From: Anthoceros angustus
Taxonomy: Eukaryota; Plantae; Anthocerotophyta
Direction: 5' to 3'
Length of the DNA: 64,000 nt
NCBI GenBank assembly: GCA_010909165.1
Contig: MU008171.1
Span: 248,001-312,000, forward strand
The translations under genes and the position numbers were made by a program. Positions 60,000 to 64,000 of the stretch are shown piece after piece (position 1 is the stretch's first letter; each line of letters opens with the position of its first letter). Under the pieces are notes generated by a model that worked only from the letters and a program-made list of their open reading frames with translations, was not told the DNA's origin and did no database searches.

Positions 60000-62900
60000 G
60001 CGTCCACATTCGATTCAGGGCCTGCAGAGGGGGATGAAAGAGACAACGTTAACAGGTTGGGATATTCTTATTCCTCCAGAAGCAGTGTGGGACAGCGAAA
60101 GACATGTCTTTGACCGACTCACCCGCACATAGTTGTCCTTGTCATATTCGTAAGATATGGTTGAGGTTTCTTCCTCACCAGCAACCTGTCCCAAGGTTGA
60201 CCGCCTCCTAGACGCAGGTGCAGCAGCTTGGGCTTCATCCCACTGGACAAGGCTTTCCAGTCTACCAGGACAGTTTATTTGATCACCATCAGGACACACG
60301 TTGGAGTTTCACTATCATCACAGGCATCCAGAGAGAGAGGGAAAGAGAACATACTTGGATGACACACGCTTCTGTAGCAAATGTACAAGCTCAGGGCCAG
60401 AGAGGTCAGGTCCCTCAGCAGCATCTGCTACGTGCTGCGCATAGTTTAGGATGCGTCCAGGGCTGCTGAAGCTTGGTGCTCTCTCTGCATCAGGCTTCCA
60501 TATCGGATTGTAAGTCTGCACATATCCACAAGGTACGTGACTTGAGTGGATGAGAGTCGCATCCTTTAATCCACTCCGTGACCACAGGAGGAACAAACTA
60601 CCCATGTACAAAGCACAAGAGTCTGCAATTATTGATTGATTGATAGAAGGGCATATATGGAGACGAGCTACTGCGGAAGCAAACCGAGCTCTCACCCGTA
60701 TCTCCTTGAAGTCCTCCTCTTCACCTTCATTCTGCCCGAGTGCAACCTTGAGCTTGCGGAAGTACCGCTGCTTTCCCCACACGAAAAAACCGACACCCAT
60801 GCCAAGAAAACCTAGAGATCCAATAAGCCCTCCGCATAGCCTGCGCACCGCTGTTCAACACAGCAGCTCAAATCATGAACACTGCATACTCCACAAACAA
60901 GAAGAGGCACGGGGCATGACGAACTTGGTGACGATGTCGCAACGTAGGGAACAACTTCGACAGATGCCTCAGCAGAAAGAGGATATGGTACATCACTATC
61001 ACAAGCACCATAGCATCCAAAGTTGCCCATATCGCTCACAGAAATATGCAGAACATAGGTAATTCCCGCTGTACCCTGTGCATTCACTACCAAACGGTCA
61101 CTAAGCGTGCAGAACCAAGGTAGCAAACCTGTGTGTACAACAGCACGTTCCGCTACAACTACTCACATTGGACTGAAACTGCATGGCAGCCAGGGCCGCA
61201 TTGCAGACTGCGACAGGTGCCTTGAGTATCATGCCAGCACTTCCAAAGCTGACTACTTTCGACAGCTCTTGCTTCATATGATGAAACTCTGAAACATCCA
61301 ATGGCCGAGACTCCAGAGACTCAGCATTCTCTGCACCAATGGTGTAGTTGGTCCCCTTCGGCAAGGCTATTGTCAATACTCCACCTTCGATTCGCAAAGT
61401 AACCTCGAGTTGGAGCAGATGACCATCCGCTGCACGAGCAGAGCATCGACACTCTCAGCCTAAAGGTACAAGACCATTCACAATCTAGGCAGTCTACACA
61501 AAACAAGTTGTAGATGAAAGGGGCATCTTTTACACTGAACATCGCAACAACCCTCATCCAAGAGTGGAATTCACCTCGCAGATCACTGCTGTCAGGATCT
61601 CCGACAACAATTGCCGGCACAACTAGCCCCTTGTTGGTAGCGATCTTCACTTGCTCTGGTGTGTCAATGAAAGGTGGGTCATTGTAGGGGTCCAGCTGCG
61701 CAATACAAATCTGAGAATCCTGATGTCCTTTTCCATCCGACACAGTAACGACAACCGTGTCATTCCCATTGAAATGCTGTTCCCTGCACTCAGTCCAAGG
61801 CCACAAATCAAGACCAAAACTCAGTTGGATGCAGAATAATGCAGAGAACGCAAATTCCAGGACTACAACAAGAGAATCTCCTAAACAACTGTTCTTTTTC
61901 ATACGATCATCAGCGAACAGATCCGATCAGCACAGACAACAGTTTGTCATCCTAGATATCCACATGGAGATGTCCCCCAGAGCAGACCAACACCGAGGAT
62001 CATGTATTAGGGTTGATCTGTCCTCTGAATTGGGAAGGGGTGTCATTGAAGCCACACACAGCCCTGAATGACCTGGTTTGTAAAATCATACCCTTCATAC
62101 AATAGCGCCGCAAGAGCTTGGTTTACAAGACTGATTGTGCCTGAAAATTGCACGTCTCCAGGGTGTGATGGATCTGTAGGTAAGATTGTGAATCCGGTTA
62201 TCCCCATATAGACGCGTGACGGGAGGATAAAGCTTCCATGCTTAGCGGAGACCTTTACAGTAACTGGTGCAGTTAGATTGAACGAGCTCACTTCAAAGAC
62301 CAAGCTCCCACTGCAATCTCCTACCACCCCCACACACATGTAATCAGCTCGCTTCAGGCAACCAGTTTACAGTACTCTGGAAAAGCACCATGGATACAGC
62401 AAGGGTACAGATCTGAGAGATGAGTCCAACCTCTGGCAAGGCATAACGGCTCCCTCCAGGCCTGTGATTAGACCTGGCGATGAAGACACATGCGGATAAT
62501 CCAGAATCGACGACCCGTTTACTGGATGGTACATGGATACTCTCATCAGTACGCAGTCATCTTCATGCACTCAGAAAACCAGATTCAGAAGAGTCAAGAG
62601 ACTTACTGTCACTAACTATCACTGCAAATGGGCTGCCAACAATCACTTGATTATGGTAGCTGAGTGAAATGTTGTAGTTCCCAGTGTGCACAGGCTTGTA
62701 AAACATAATATACTTTCCCCCGCCCATGTCAACAAAAGCTTGTTTATCTGCACTGCCTGGTCCGCTTATATCAAAGCCTATGAGATTGACGTCAGCAAGT
62801 GTGGGATTGCCAAATTCATCGCTGAGAAATATATCGATCTCATCCCAGTATCGGATAGATGCTTTACGAGACAGACCTACTCCACGGGCGGACGACAGGG

Positions 62901-64000
62901 AAGCACTTGGTGTTCCTGCACATAAGTCACCATGAAAAGAGTTTAGTGCCCAGATTTATCACAGCCAACACCTGGCCTGTGACAGTCCAGAAAAACTTAT
63001 CGAGCTCCATGTGTGCAGGGTTCATGAATAGATACCTGCATTGACGGTGAAAAAAAATGGAGACCCAAAAATTTCCACGCCACCATTGCTGACATACAGG
63101 TGATACTGCCCAGCTTGCGTTAGGTTGTAAGTCAGAGAATAGCGGGTGCCATTATCAAGAGATTGAACCTGGCAACTTGCATTCACCAGTAAATGCACTC
63201 CAAGCCTAAACACTTTTGGCACCAATATGGGAGCCGTACCATTGCTTGCCACCTCGGGAGACAAATTATTGTCGTACTGATCTCGTAGTGTGATAAGGAG
63301 GGTCAGTGGGATCCCAGCCAAAACGCTCTGAGCTCCTCCTGCCCATGTACCTGTGCATCTCGGGGTATCCAAAGCACCTGCAATGGCACCAAATTGGCTG
63401 TCGAACTGGCATACATGCCAACACCACAAACTGGACATGCTGTTTGTACCCAAAGAATATTTGGAGGTATTGTGACTCACCTGAGAGGAATGTAAAAGCG
63501 ATAGGCGGCATAGAAGCGCCAGTTTTGTCTCCAATCCTTAGCTTGAACTGACCTGCTACAGTTAGAGTGAAGGACAGCACCTGCGCAGAGCTGTTCTGTG
63601 GCACAATCTTTATTTTCGCCGAAAGAATGGTGCCATTCTGATCAAGTTGGGGAGTGATGTCATTAGCACCCACTGATACATAATTGCCATACGTGTCTTG
63701 AGCGATCAGAACAAAACTCGCTGTTTGCCCAACACGAAATGTGCTTATTCCGTTGAGCCATCCTCCAGTGCAGTTAGCTATGGAAAACTGCCCTGCACAA
63801 CGTTCAATTAGTAGCAGCAAATACGGCAGCCATGTCAAATCCAGCAAGCTGCATCTCAGGAACTTCTCAACCTGGAAAGTAGGAGTACTGGAAAGACCCG
63901 GTGATGCTCCCATCAGAGTTTCCCACTTGAAGCACGTACTGCCCAGCCTCATGCATTGTAAAACTTAAGAGCAGCATTTCTTGAGATCCATTATTGAGAG
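60000..64000 (-). CDS. GEX2: GEX2-like filamin/Ig-repeat membrane protein (partial; 5' end outside window, 3' end uncertain)
   Basis: Filamin repeats (FVLIAQDTYGN; LITLRDQYDNN...YNLTQAGQYHLYV...IFGSPFFFTV), cadherin-like FNGNDTVVVTVSD...YNDPPFI, the GEX2-type C-terminal VSDMGNFGCYGAC..VPYPLSAEASV, then TM LCGGLIGSLGFLGMGVGFFVW. Confidence 0.75.

Overview
Eukaryotic nuclear DNA from a non-seed land plant. Short GT-AG introns, dense head-to-head and tail-to-tail gene packing, a PLS-type PPR gene and a cyanobacterial-type M23 peptidase suggest a hornwort-like or lycophyte-like genome; this is inference, not a species call. Recognisable genes: POP5, tRNA-Leu(CAG), a very long PLS-PPR gene with an N-terminal OSB-type PDF motif, a TTC39/IML2-like protein, an ERI1-like exonuclease, an M23 peptidase, a Frizzled-like-CRD membrane protein, a SMUG1 uracil-DNA glycosylase, a kinase-less L-type lectin receptor, PDAP1, a HIBCH-like hydrolase, CAP-H2, an S-group bZIP, DHODH, a CYP85-clan P450 and the 3' part of a GEX2-like gene. 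Between these lie a decayed malectin-LRR-RLK, LecRK fragments, nested Ty1/copia elements, a CRE-like non-LTR element and an unidentified tandem-duplicated ORF remnant. Most frameshifts fall in repeated DNA, which points to unpolished long-read errors. All calls come from manual translation and motif recognition; no database search was run.
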